Part shown: positions 36,510 through 44,611 of the stretch, piece after piece
Layout: each line of letters starts with the position of its first letter
Position numbering within the stretch: the stretch's first letter is position 1
Assembly: GCA_964459635.1 (NCBI GenBank)
Contig: CAYWMQ010000005.1
Coordinates: 1 to 51,005 of the forward strand
DNA length: 51,005 bases
Source: an uncultured Candidatus Saccharibacteria bacterium
GTDB lineage: Bacteria; Patescibacteriota; Minisyncoccia; Phycocordibacterales; UBA12088
Direction of reading: 5' to 3'
Position numbers and translations under genes: made by a program
The notes under the pieces: generated by a model
What the model was told of the DNA's origin: nothing
What the model saw: the letters and a program-made list of their open reading frames with translations, nothing else
The model's database searches: none

Positions 36510-36539
36510 CATTCACATTCCCATTCCCATTCCCATACC
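36510..36539. repeat. tandem hexamer CATTCC x5 (two units degenerate)
   Basis: CATTCA CATTCC CATTCC CATTCC CATACC, immediately 3' of the dnaJ stop. Confidence 0.85.
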
Positions 36540-36541
36540 CG

Positions 36542-37606
36542 CTACACCCCCTCCTCTTTCAGTGTCTCCACGGCCGCACGTGCTTTCTTGGAGAGCTTGG
36601 CGGGAATCTTGATATCAAGACGCAAAAGCAAGTCGCCGCGCGCGCCCCCGCGCTGTGGCACGCCCTTCCCCTTGAGGCGCAGCATTTCTCCGGGCTCAAC
36701 GCCCGCAGGTATTTTTACCGACACCGGACCGTCAAGCGTATCTACATCGTAGCTCGCGCCAAGCAGTGCATCCGTGAGCTTGACCGACACCGACTTGATG
36801 AGGTTGAAGCCTTCGCGCTTGTATGCCGGGTCCTGCTTCACGTGCACCTTTACGTACAGGTCGCCCGGTATGCCGTGCGGTACTGCCTCGCCGCCACCGG
36901 AAAGGCGTATCATCTCGCCCGATTCAATGCCTGCGGGTATCGCGATGGCTATCTCCTCCTGCTTGCGCTCCACACCCAAGCCGCCACATGTGGGACACGG
37001 CTCTTTCGGCACCTTGCCTGCCCCATGGCAGGTCTGACAGATGGTAGCGGTGGAAAACACGCCAAATACCGTTTGCTTGGTCTCGTGCACCTTGCCTGCG
37101 CCGTTGCAGGTACTGCAGTCAATGAGCTCGCTCTTGTCCTTTGCGCCGGTGCCGCCGCAGACACTACAGGTGCTCACCTTTGCGAGCAGCACGCGCCGCT
37201 CCACGCCGAAGATGGATTCACGAAAGGAAAGCTCAATGTCTATCGAAATGTCTCGGCCGCGCGGGGTGCGAGGGCGCCTGCCGCCACCGAAGAAGTCGCC
37301 AAAGAGGTCGCCCAGATCGAACTCCACGCTCTGCCCGCCAAAACCGCCGAAGTCGAAACCGCCAAAACCGCCCTGCGGCCCGCCCTGCCCCGCACCGCTG
37401 AAGGTGCGGCCGTATGCGTCGTACTCGGCCCGCTTCTTGTCGTCGGAAAGCACCGAGTAGGCTTCATTGACCTCCTTGAACTTCGCCTCATCGCCCCCCT
37501 GCTTGTCAGGGTGGTACTGGTGTGCGAGCTTTCGGAAGGCCTTCTTAATGTCGTCCTTTGACGCGCCTTTCGCGAGGCCCAGTGTTTGGTAGTAATCCTT
37601 AGCCAT
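36542..37606 (-). CDS. dnaJ: molecular chaperone DnaJ
   Basis: J domain DYYQTLGL...HPDK, a G/F region, and four CxxCxGxG zinc-finger repeats. Confidence 0.95.
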   Translation of the reverse strand: MAKDYYQTLGLAKGASKDDIKKAFRKLAHQYHPDKQGGDEAKFKEVNEAYSVLSDDKKRAEYDAYGRTFSGAGQGGPQGGFGGFDFGGFGGQSVEFDLGDLFGDFFGGGRRPRTPRGRDISIDIELSFRESIFGVERRVLLAKVSTCSVCGGTGAKDKSELIDCSTCNGAGKVHETKQTVFGVFSTATICQTCHGAGKVPKEPCPTCGGLGVERKQEEIAIAIPAGIESGEMIRLSGGGEAVPHGIPGDLYVKVHVKQDPAYKREGFNLIKSVSVKLTDALLGASYDVDTLDGPVSVKIPAGVEPGEMLRLKGKGVPQRGGARGDLLLRLDIKIPAKLSKKARAAVETLKEEGV

Positions 37607-37616
37607 AGTCGATTGT

Positions 37617-37753
37617 GGAAATCTCAAATCATAAAACCCAAGTTCCAAATAAGCACCAAACTAAAAATCTCAAAAGTAGACCCTGGTGAGAATTTTGTGA
37701 ATTTCTGGCATTGAGATTTATTTGGAGCTTATGATTTTGAATTTGTAATTTCC
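37617..37753. repeat. AT-rich imperfect palindromic element, family 1
   Basis: Core CAAGTTCCAAATAAGCACCAAA at 37639-37660. The outer arms GGAAAT... and ...ATTTCC are complementary. It fills the dnaK-dnaJ spacer. Confidence 0.8.
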
Positions 37754-37756
37754 TTT

Positions 37757-39631
37757 CTAACCCTGCTCGGCGTCTCTGATTTTCTGCTCACCTTCACTTC
37801 CCTCATCCTTCTTCTCATCCTTCGTGTCGTCGTGCTTGCTCATCGCTTCGCCTATCTTGGAAATGGTGCGGGAAAGCTCCTCCGTCGCACTTCGAATAGC
37901 CGCGAGGTCCGCTCCGTCCTTTACCTTTTTGAGCGCGTCGCTTTTTTCTTCCACCTCTTTCTTCACATCCGCCCCGGCCTTCTCGCCATAGTCGCGGAGC
38001 GATTTTTCAGCCATGTAGAGCATCTGCTCGGCGGTGTTCTTCGCCTCTATAAGCTCGCGCTTCTCTTTGTCGTCCTTTTCGTGTGCCTTCGCATCGTCTT
38101 GCATGCGCGCAATGTCTGCATCCGTGAGTCCCGAGGAAGCCTCAATGCGGATAGACTGCTCCTTGTTGCTCGCCTTGTCCTTTGCTTTTACCGAAAGGAT
38201 GCCGTTTGCGTCCACGTCGAAGGTCACCTCCACCTGTGGCATGCCGCGCGGGGCGGGCGGAATGCCGTCGAGGATGAAGCGCCCAAGCGATTTGTTGTCC
38301 GCAGCCATGGCGCGCTCACCCTGCACAATATGTATTTCCACCTGCGTCTGGTTGTCCGCTGCGGTCGAGAAAATCTGCGAGCGCTGTGTGGGAATGGTGG
38401 TGTTCTTCTCAATGAGCTTCGTGGCGACACCACCCATCGTTTCTATGCCGAGCGAGAGCGGAATGACGTCAAGGAGGAGTACGTCCTTCACATCGCCCTG
38501 TAGTATGCCGCCCTGTATCGCCGCGCCGAGCGCCACCACTTCATCCGGGTTGATGCTTTTGTTGGGTTCCTTGCCGAAGTAGCTCTTTACCGCCTCCATA
38601 ATGGCTGGCATGCGCGTCTGGCCACCGACGAGAATGATCTCGTCTATGTCCTCTTTCTTGAAGGGCGATGCCTCAATGGCGCGCTTTGTGATGGCCATCG
38701 AGCGGTCTACGAACTCGGCCGCAAGCTCCTCAAGCTTGGCGCGTGAGAGGTGCAAAAGCAGGTGCTTGGGGCCCGAGGCGTCACTCGTGATAAAGGGTAT
38801 GTTTATCTCCGCATCGGTCACGGTGGAAAGCTCCATCTTCGCCTTCTCTGCCGCTTCGTCAAGGCGCTGCAGCGCGAGCGGGTCTTTGGTGATATCTATG
38901 CCGCTGTCCTTCTTGAACTCGTCCGCGAGCCAGCGCACTATTTTCTGGTCAATGTCCCTGCCGCCCATGTGTGCATCGCCGTCTGTTGATTTGACCTCTA
39001 TCACATCGTCGCCCACTTCCAGTACGGAAATGTCGAAGGTGCCGCCGCCAAAGTCGTATACGACTATCTTCTCGTCCTTCTTCTTGTTGAAGCCGTACGC
39101 GAGCGCCGCCGCCGTCGGCTCGTTGATGATGCGCTTCACCTCCAAGCCTGCTATCTTGCCCGCATCCTTGGTGGCTTGGCGCTGCGAGTCGTTGAAGTAT
39201 GCGGGGACCGTGATCACAGCTTCGGTAATCTTTTCGCCAAGCTTGCGCTCCGCGTCGTTCTTGAGCTTCTGTAGGATCATCGCGCTTATCTCCTCCGGCG
39301 TGTAGTCCTTGTCGCCCATGCGTATGTGCACGCCTCCGTTGTCGGCTTTCTTCACCTCGTAGGGCACGATCTCTTTGTCCTTCTGCACCGCATCCTCGTC
39401 GTAGCGGTGGCCGATGAAACGCTTGATGCCGTATATGGTGTTTTGCGGGTTGGTGACGGCTTGGCGCTTTGCGATGACACCCACCGCGCGCTCTTTGTTC
39501 TTCGATATGGATACAACGGAGGGAGTAGTGCGCGCACCCTCTTCATTTTCGATGATACGAGGATCCCCACCCTCCACGATGGCCATCGCGGAGTTCGTGG
39601 TGCCGAGGTCGATGCCGAGTATCTTTGACAT
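37757..39631 (-). CDS. dnaK: molecular chaperone DnaK (Hsp70)
   Basis: [17 protein letters not shown] and VGGQTRMP signatures, at 624 aa. Confidence 0.97.
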   Translation of the reverse strand: MSKILGIDLGTTNSAMAIVEGGDPRIIENEEGARTTPSVVSISKNKERAVGVIAKRQAVTNPQNTIYGIKRFIGHRYDEDAVQKDKEIVPYEVKKADNGGVHIRMGDKDYTPEEISAMILQKLKNDAERKLGEKITEAVITVPAYFNDSQRQATKDAGKIAGLEVKRIINEPTAAALAYGFNKKKDEKIVVYDFGGGTFDISVLEVGDDVIEVKSTDGDAHMGGRDIDQKIVRWLADEFKKDSGIDITKDPLALQRLDEAAEKAKMELSTVTDAEINIPFITSDASGPKHLLLHLSRAKLEELAAEFVDRSMAITKRAIEASPFKKEDIDEIILVGGQTRMPAIMEAVKSYFGKEPNKSINPDEVVALGAAIQGGILQGDVKDVLLLDVIPLSLGIETMGGVATKLIEKNTTIPTQRSQIFSTAADNQTQVEIHIVQGERAMAADNKSLGRFILDGIPPAPRGMPQVEVTFDVDANGILSVKAKDKASNKEQSIRIEASSGLTDADIARMQDDAKAHEKDDKEKRELIEAKNTAEQMLYMAEKSLRDYGEKAGADVKKEVEEKSDALKKVKDGADLAAIRSATEELSRTISKIGEAMSKHDDTKDEKKDEGSEGEQKIRDAEQG

Positions 39632-39666
39632 AGGTGTTAGGTTAGAGGTTAAAGGTTATAGGTTCG
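39632..39666. repeat. five tandem 7-nt units (minus strand AACCTNN) abutting the dnaK start codon
   Basis: The plus strand reads AGGTGTT AGGTTAG AGGTTAA AGGTTAT AGGTTCG. On the coding strand, the 23 nt before the ATG contain no G. Confidence 0.85.
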
Positions 39667-39775
39667 AGTGAAGACTAGCGAGTGGGCGAGTAACGAGTTG
39701 CGTGTTACGAGTACGAAGCGTTTATTTGTTTGAAGGCGACAATCGCCGACAGAGAGGACGCAAGTTGACCGGACC

Positions 39776-39849
39776 CTGGATTGCTTCGCTTCGCTCGCAA
39801 TGACGACAAACGGACAATACATCATTGCGAGCGAAGCGAAGCAATCCAG
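39776..39849. repeat. perfect 28-bp inverted repeat with an 18-nt loop
   Basis: CTGGATTGCTTCGCTTCGCTCGCAATGA (39776-39803) is exactly complementary to 39822-39849. Confidence 0.95.
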
Positions 39850-39864
39850 AGTCGTTGGCACCCG

Positions 39865-40473
39865 CTACTCGCCAACTCGTAACTCGTTATGTTGATATAC
39901 TACCACCTTCGCCGGCCTCACTATCTCTTCCCCGATGCGGAAGCCTTGCTGCACGACGGTGGCTATGCGGTCGTCGTCACCTTGCGTGGTCGTACGCGTG
40001 ACACTCACACACTCATGGAGCTTCGGATCGAAGGGCTCGCCTGCCGCTCCGTACGCCTCAAGACCTTCGCGTGCGAGCGTGTCACGCAGCTGTGCGTGGA
40101 TCCGCTCGACGCCGCTGCGCCACGCCTCGTCGACGTCCTGCCACTGCTCTTGGCTCATCGCTTGCGTAAAACTGTCGAGAATGGGGACCAGCGACGCCAC
40201 GATGCGGCCCTTTGTGCGGTTGCGAGAGCGCAGTGCTTCTTCCTCGGTGACGCGCTTAAAGTTCACGAGGTCCGCTTTCGCACGCTGCCAGCCGGTGAGG
40301 TTCTCGGTCGCTTCGCGCTTCGCTTCCGCAAGCTCTGCGCGAAGTGCTTTGAGCTTGGCTTGTAGCGCCGGAGCACTAGCGCCTTCCTCGCTCTCAAGCT
40401 CACGCTCATCGCCCGTGTCGGCGTCCAGGATGATCTCCTCGCCGTCTGCGTCGTGTTGCGCCCCCTTCCGCAT
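39865..40473 (-). CDS. grpE: nucleotide exchange factor GrpE
   Basis: Coiled-coil region followed by the beta domain EPFDPKLHECV...GFRIGEEIVRPAKVVV. Start taken at 40473, 6 nt after a consensus -10. Confidence 0.9.
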   Translation of the reverse strand: MRKGAQHDADGEEIILDADTGDERELESEEGASAPALQAKLKALRAELAEAKREATENLTGWQRAKADLVNFKRVTEEEALRSRNRTKGRIVASLVPILDSFTQAMSQEQWQDVDEAWRSGVERIHAQLRDTLAREGLEAYGAAGEPFDPKLHECVSVTRTTTQGDDDRIATVVQQGFRIGEEIVRPAKVVVYQHNELRVGE

Positions 40474-40479
40474 GGGCGA

Positions 40480-40508
40480 ATTATAAGGCCTGTGAGATGG
40501 GGTGTCAA
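40480..40508 (-). promoter_or_regulatory. consensus sigma70 promoter (TTGACA-17 nt-TATAAT), 6 nt before the grpE ATG
   Basis: On the minus strand: TTGACA (40503-40508), TATAAT (40480-40485), then TCGCCC-ATG. Confidence 0.65.
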
Positions 40509-40517
40509 ATTGGAAAG

Positions 40518-40545
40518 TTGACAACACGCAAATACAGTATACAAT
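40518..40545 (+). promoter_or_regulatory. sigma70 promoter (TTGACA-16 nt-TACAAT) divergent from the grpE promoter
   Basis: TTGACA at 40518-40523 and TACAAT at 40540-40545. AGGAGG at 40574-40579 lies 5 nt before the ATG at 40585. Confidence 0.6.
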
Positions 40546-40584
40546 ATGTTCCGGTTCTTAATGATATGAAAGCAGGAGGTCACA

Positions 40585-41022
40585 ATGAGTGACACAGCTT
40601 CAGGAATTGCGTCACAACCCCAGATTTCGCGGGGGCCCCAAGGTGAACCCCACGGTTTGTTGGTAGCTGAGAAGACACTCTACGTCACGTTTCCGGGAGC
40701 GACTGCACATTACGACTGGGCCTTGCGCAGGGCGCGCATACACATGGCGTTCGCGCTGCAAGAGATGAAGGTGTGTGCGGATAACCCCGAGCAAAATCCC
40801 TACGTGCTCACGCCTGCCCTGAAAGGGCGCATCGACGTTGTGCAGTATTTGCTCGCACAATTCGAGACGCAGCCGGACCTATTTATGGGCAATGAATCGG
40901 CGTGTGTCGAAGTAATCACCAAGGCTTGGCGCACCCGGATGTTGCCGCTTGTCCAGACGGGCGAAGCAACGTGGGCAGAGTTGGGCTTCGTGGACCCTTT
41001 CACCAAGCGCCTCCATCCGTAA
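40585..41022 (+). CDS. 145-aa hypothetical protein
   Basis: Strong promoter, canonical SD and a downstream GC hairpin (41040-41068). No family recognised. Confidence 0.6.
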   Translation: MSDTASGIASQPQISRGPQGEPHGLLVAEKTLYVTFPGATAHYDWALRRARIHMAFALQEMKVCADNPEQNPYVLTPALKGRIDVVQYLLAQFETQPDLFMGNESACVEVITKAWRTRMLPLVQTGEATWAELGFVDPFTKRLHP

Positions 41023-41119
41023 TCCATACGGTACAAGTCGAACCCCGCCCCACTACGGGCGGGGGTTCCCTACATGTCGGCAAACAAACAGAGCCTAAGT
41101 ACCGTTTGCGACAGCCACA

Positions 41120-41521
41120 CTAGCGCTTGCTCCACTGCGGAGACTTGCGGGCTTTTTTGAGGCCGAACTTGCGACGCTCTTTCATGCGGGGGTCGCGCTT
41201 GAGGAAGCCTGCAGACTTGAGAGGCTTGCGGAGGTCTGCCTGGAATTTCTCAACCGCTCGCGCAACGCCATGGCGTACCGCTTCCGACTGCGAGCTGATG
41301 CCGCCACCGATGAGCTTTACCGTGACAACAAACTTTTGTTCCAAACCTTCCACTGCGAGCGCTTCCACTGCGTTCTTACGGAGCGCCTCCGTCGGAAAGT
41401 ACTCGTCCACAGGTTTTTCATTTACGGTAAAGGACGCCTTGGCGGCCGGTATGATGCGTACGCGAGCCACGCTCGTTTTACGTCGTCCTACCGCTTCGAT
41501 GTATGTGGTGTCCTTGGCCAT
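41120..41521 (-). CDS. rpsI: 30S ribosomal protein S9
   Basis: GRRKTSVARV near the N-terminus and a C-terminus ending KSPQWSKR. Confidence 0.95.
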   Translation of the reverse strand: MAKDTTYIEAVGRRKTSVARVRIIPAAKASFTVNEKPVDEYFPTEALRKNAVEALAVEGLEQKFVVTVKLIGGGISSQSEAVRHGVARAVEKFQADLRKPLKSAGFLKRDPRMKERRKFGLKKARKSPQWSKR

Positions 41522-41531
41522 AATGCTCTAT

Positions 41532-41644
41532 CTCGATACTAATCAACGAATGAGTGCGAATGCTACGAATGTGCGGCTTCGCCGCATGCGCCGGCGTCCG
41601 TTCGTATTCGTGATATTCGTATGGATTCGTAGATTGGTATCGTG
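41532..41644. repeat. imperfect palindromic element, family 2 (CGATACTAATCAACGAAT...GCGAATGCTACGAATG)
   Basis: The left arm (41532-41571) and degenerate right arm (41598-41644) are reverse complements around a GC-rich centre. It fills the rplM-rpsI spacer. Confidence 0.75.
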
Positions 41645-42028
41645 TTACTCGCTTATTATTAACATCTTCATCCGCTTTGCGCGCAGCTTGTTTGCAGGCA
41701 ACATGCCGTACACAGCCTTGCGCACTATTTCTCCCACGCCCTTCTTGTCTATGACCTGCTGCATGGTGAGCTCGCGACGGCCATCGGGGTAGCCGGAGTA
41801 CCGGTCGTACGTGGTCTGCTTGCGCTTTCGCTCTTCCAAGTGCAAGCGGCCCACATGTTCTATCTTGACCTGTACGGGACGTGCCACGTGCTTCACGACG
41901 TCCGCCTTGTGCTTACCCATGAGGAGCACGGCAGCTTCGCTCGCGATACGCCCCAAGCGCTTGCCCGCTGCATCAAGGGTGTGGACTTCAGGTGATGTGT
42001 TGGTGGTATTGTTCATGGCGTTATACAA
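41645..42028 (-). CDS. rplM: 50S ribosomal protein L13
   Basis: LDAAGKRLGRIASEAAVLLMGKHK ... YSGYPDG. The start could be 42016. Confidence 0.9.
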   Translation of the reverse strand: MYNAMNNTTNTSPEVHTLDAAGKRLGRIASEAAVLLMGKHKADVVKHVARPVQVKIEHVGRLHLEERKRKQTTYDRYSGYPDGRRELTMQQVIDKKGVGEIVRKAVYGMLPANKLRAKRMKMLIISE

Positions 42029-42374
42029 AAGCGATACGAGCCTCTACCGCCGCATCACCCTGGCGGATGCGGGTGCGCACAATGCGTGTGTAGCCTCCGG
42101 GGCGGCTCTGGTAGCGAGGCCCGAGCTCTGCAAAGAGCTTAGCGGTGGCCTCAGTGTCGTTGCCCAAACGGCTCGCTACGAGGCGACGGTTCGCTACGGT
42201 ATCAGTGCGGCTATGGCTCACAAGCTTTTCTACGAAAGGTCGAAGTGACTTGGCCTTGGCTTCCGTAGTGGTGATACCTTCCTCCAAAATGAGCGCCCGG
42301 GCCAGGCTGCGCAAAAGCGCCGTGCGCACGTTGCGCTCACGTCCGAACTTTCTGTTTTTGTTATGCTTCATCAT
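42021..42374 (-). CDS. rplQ: 50S ribosomal protein L17
   Basis: MKHNKNRKFGRERNVRTALLRSLARALILEEGITTTEAKAK. Confidence 0.93.
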   Translation of the reverse strand: MMKHNKNRKFGRERNVRTALLRSLARALILEEGITTTEAKAKSLRPFVEKLVSHSRTDTVANRRLVASRLGNDTEATAKLFAELGPRYQSRPGGYTRIVRTRIRQGDAAVEARIAFV

Positions 42375-42382
42375 GGCTCGTG

Positions 42383-42411
42383 ATTGTACCCGCTTTCTGT
42401 GGTTCTCGCAA
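42383..42411 (-). promoter_or_regulatory. promoter-like TTGCGA-17 nt-TACAAT, 8 nt before the rplQ ATG
   Basis: On the minus strand: TTGCGA (42406-42411) and TACAAT (42383-42388). Confidence 0.4.
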
Positions 42412-42419
42412 ATCTGTGA

Positions 42420-43397
42420 TTATCGCAGCGTAATGCCAAACTCCGAGAGCGCGCGCTTTATTTCTTGCAGACCCTTGATACCAAGCCCCTCAATGGCAAG
42501 AATATCCTCCTCTTTCTTTCGGGCAAGGCCACCCACCGTGCGGATGTTTGCCCCGGCAAGTGCCGAAATAGTGCGGCTCGAAAGCTTGAGGGAGTCAATG
42601 CGCGTCTTGAGCGCCTCGGTGTCCGCCTGCGACTCCCTTCGCTCGGGTGCGGGTGCTGACGCAGGGCGGTCCGGCAGTGTGTACGACTGCTCCTCCTCCA
42701 CCACTTCCTCGCGGAAGCCGATCACAGCCTTGAGCTGGTGGATCATTATCTCAATCGACTTCTCAAGGGCCTGGCGCGGCGTGAGGGTACCATCCGTCTC
42801 AATAAAGATGCGCAGGCGGTTGAAGTCGGTGCGGTCGCCTACGCGCATGTTTTCCACTTCGTAGTTGACGCGGCGGATGGGTGTGAAGGTGGCGTCGAGA
42901 TAGATAGTACCAACGTCCGCCTTTTCATCGGTGCGCATGTCGCGCGGGATGAAGCCCAGGCCCTTCTCCACGGTGATCTCCGCCGACACGTTTGCGTTCT
43001 TGGCGGTGAGCTCGCAGATGTACTGCTCCGGGTTCAGTATCGTGACCTGGCCGGGCACCTTGAGATCTTTGCCTGTTACGGTAGCGGGACCGCGGATGTC
43101 GAGCGTGAGCGTCTGCGCATCCTCACCGTCCACCGACATGCGCAAGCGCTTGAGGTTCAGTAAAATGGTAATGACATCCTCCTTGACGCCCTCTATGGTC
43201 GAGAACTCATGCGCAACACCGTCGATCTTTACGCCTGTGATCGCGGCACCGGTAAGTGACGAGAGAATGATGCGGCGGAGACTGTTGCCCAGCGTGTGGC
43301 CATAGCCGGGGAAAAGGCCGTCTATCTCAAAGACGCCGCTGTTGTTCTCTTCCTTGATAATCCGAGGCTTGCTCGGTAGGGTTACGTTGTAGTCCAT
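42420..43397 (-). CDS. rpoA: DNA-directed RNA polymerase subunit alpha
   Basis: N-terminal domain GYGHTLGNSLRRILLSS, and a C-terminal domain LKLSSRTISALAGANIRTVGGL. Confidence 0.95.
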   Translation of the reverse strand: MDYNVTLPSKPRIIKEENNSGVFEIDGLFPGYGHTLGNSLRRIILSSLTGAAITGVKIDGVAHEFSTIEGVKEDVITILLNLKRLRMSVDGEDAQTLTLDIRGPATVTGKDLKVPGQVTILNPEQYICELTAKNANVSAEITVEKGLGFIPRDMRTDEKADVGTIYLDATFTPIRRVNYEVENMRVGDRTDFNRLRIFIETDGTLTPRQALEKSIEIMIHQLKAVIGFREEVVEEEQSYTLPDRPASAPAPERRESQADTEALKTRIDSLKLSSRTISALAGANIRTVGGLARKKEEDILAIEGLGIKGLQEIKRALSEFGITLR

Positions 43398-43427
43398 AAC
43401 TCAATCGTGTTGTAACGTTGATAATGT

Positions 43428-44045
43428 TTAGCGACTGTAGAACTCAAGAATGGCACCCACGCTGCCCGGAAGCTCGGTGTTCTCACTTGTGGGCTTCGCA
43501 AGGACCTTGCCTTCCAGTTTCTGGGCATCAAATGAAACCCATGCGGGGGCGGTGGCGGTCGCAAGTTGCTCGCGAATGCGATCCATGACCGGCTTGCTTT
43601 GTGTGCTCTTGCGTATGCTGAACACATCTTTGGGCGAGACGGTGTGAGACGGGATGGTGGTGCGCGTACCGTTCACCATGATATGGCCATGTGATACGAG
43701 CTGTCGGGCCGCCCTGCGGCTCGGTGCCAAGCCTGCGCGATATACTACGTTGTCCAAGCGCATTTCCAAAAGCTCAAGCATGCGCGCCACAGGGTCCTCA
43801 CCAAGCGTACGCACGCGCTGCGCCTCTTCCACGTAGCGCCGAAGCTGGCGCTCCATCACACCGTACGCGAAGCGTACGCGCTGCTTCTCAAGGAGCTGCT
43901 TGGAAAAGTCAGAAGTGGCTTTGCGGGTGCGCTTGGCGTTCTTGGCATGCTTAGCCTCGGAAACGACAAACTTCTGTGTCTGGCACTTGTCATACACTCC
44001 CGCCCCGAGGCGGCGGCAAACTTTGTAGGTGGGTTTGGCAAGCAT
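43428..44045 (-). CDS. rpsD: 30S ribosomal protein S4
   Basis: YKVCRRLG..., RQLVSHGHIMVNG (S4 domain). Confidence 0.95.
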   Translation of the reverse strand: MLAKPTYKVCRRLGAGVYDKCQTQKFVVSEAKHAKNAKRTRKATSDFSKQLLEKQRVRFAYGVMERQLRRYVEEAQRVRTLGEDPVARMLELLEMRLDNVVYRAGLAPSRRAARQLVSHGHIMVNGTRTTIPSHTVSPKDVFSIRKSTQSKPVMDRIREQLATATAPAWVSFDAQKLEGKVLAKPTSENTELPGSVGAILEFYSR

Positions 44046-44084
44046 AGCTAAGGTTACAGCTTTTAGGTGATAGGTTATAGCGCT

Positions 44085-44519
44085 CTATACGCGACGTGGC
44101 TTACGCGGGCGCGGGCCGTTAAACGGTACCGGCGTCTCGTCACGAATGCCCGTGAGAGACACCCCCTTTCCGACAAACGCACGCATGGCCGACTCACGGC
44201 CTGAGCCGACACCGCGAATGACCACATCCACTTCACGTACGCCAAACTGCTCCGCCTTTTCCGCAATAAGCTCTCCAACCTTGGCGGCTGCGTACGGGGT
44301 GCTCTTTTTGGCACCTTTGAAGCCGAGCGCACCGCTGGAAGACGCCGCCAGTACCCCGCCTCGTTTGTCGGCCAGGGTCACGATCGTGTTGTTATAGGTA
44401 GCCTGAATGTGGAGTGTGCCGCGGTCAACCTTCTTCTTAGCTGCACGCGCAACAGCGCGAGCGCGCAGCCCCTGGTTTACCGTTCCGCCTGTCTTTTTTA
44501 CGATTCTTTTCTTTCCCAT
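44085..44519 (-). CDS. rpsK: 30S ribosomal protein S11
   Basis: IQATYNNTIVTLAD ... GFKGAKKSTPYAA ... PFNGPRPRKPRRV. Confidence 0.95.
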   Translation of the reverse strand: MGKKRIVKKTGGTVNQGLRARAVARAAKKKVDRGTLHIQATYNNTIVTLADKRGGVLAASSSGALGFKGAKKSTPYAAAKVGELIAEKAEQFGVREVDVVIRGVGSGRESAMRAFVGKGVSLTGIRDETPVPFNGPRPRKPRRV

Positions 44520-44569
44520 GGTGGCTCAAAAATAGTCAACTATCAGATTAAAACTCGGGTCATTATATT

Positions 44570-44609
44570 CATTCGTAGCATTCGCACAATTTCGTTGATT
44601 AGTATCGTG
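44570..44609 (-). repeat. family 2 word element (single arm)
   Basis: The reverse complement CACGATACTAATCAACGAAATTGTGCGAATGCTACGAATG matches 41532-41571 at about 35 of 40 positions. Confidence 0.8.
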
Positions 44610-44611
44610 TT

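Noticed and set aside
36510-36539. The CATTCC tandem and other short tandem words, considered as a possible CRISPR or minisatellite.
   Set aside because: The units are 6-14 nt with no spacers, too short and too few for a CRISPR array, and there are no cas genes in the window. They are reported as simple word repeats instead.
36215-37561. A 448-aa ORF on the plus strand spanning the whole dnaJ locus.
   Set aside because: It is antisense to an unmistakable dnaJ. The translation is Arg/Ala/Leu-rich and lacks domain-like features. It also runs through a terminator hairpin and the tandem hexamer repeat. This is a typical GC-rich antisense artefact.
38601-39305. Long plus-strand ORFs antisense to dnaK (38601..39305, 38034..38582, 37832..38503).
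   Set aside because: Stop-poor antisense frames opposite hsp70 are a known compositional artefact. The translations are Ser/Ala/Arg-rich and show no motifs.
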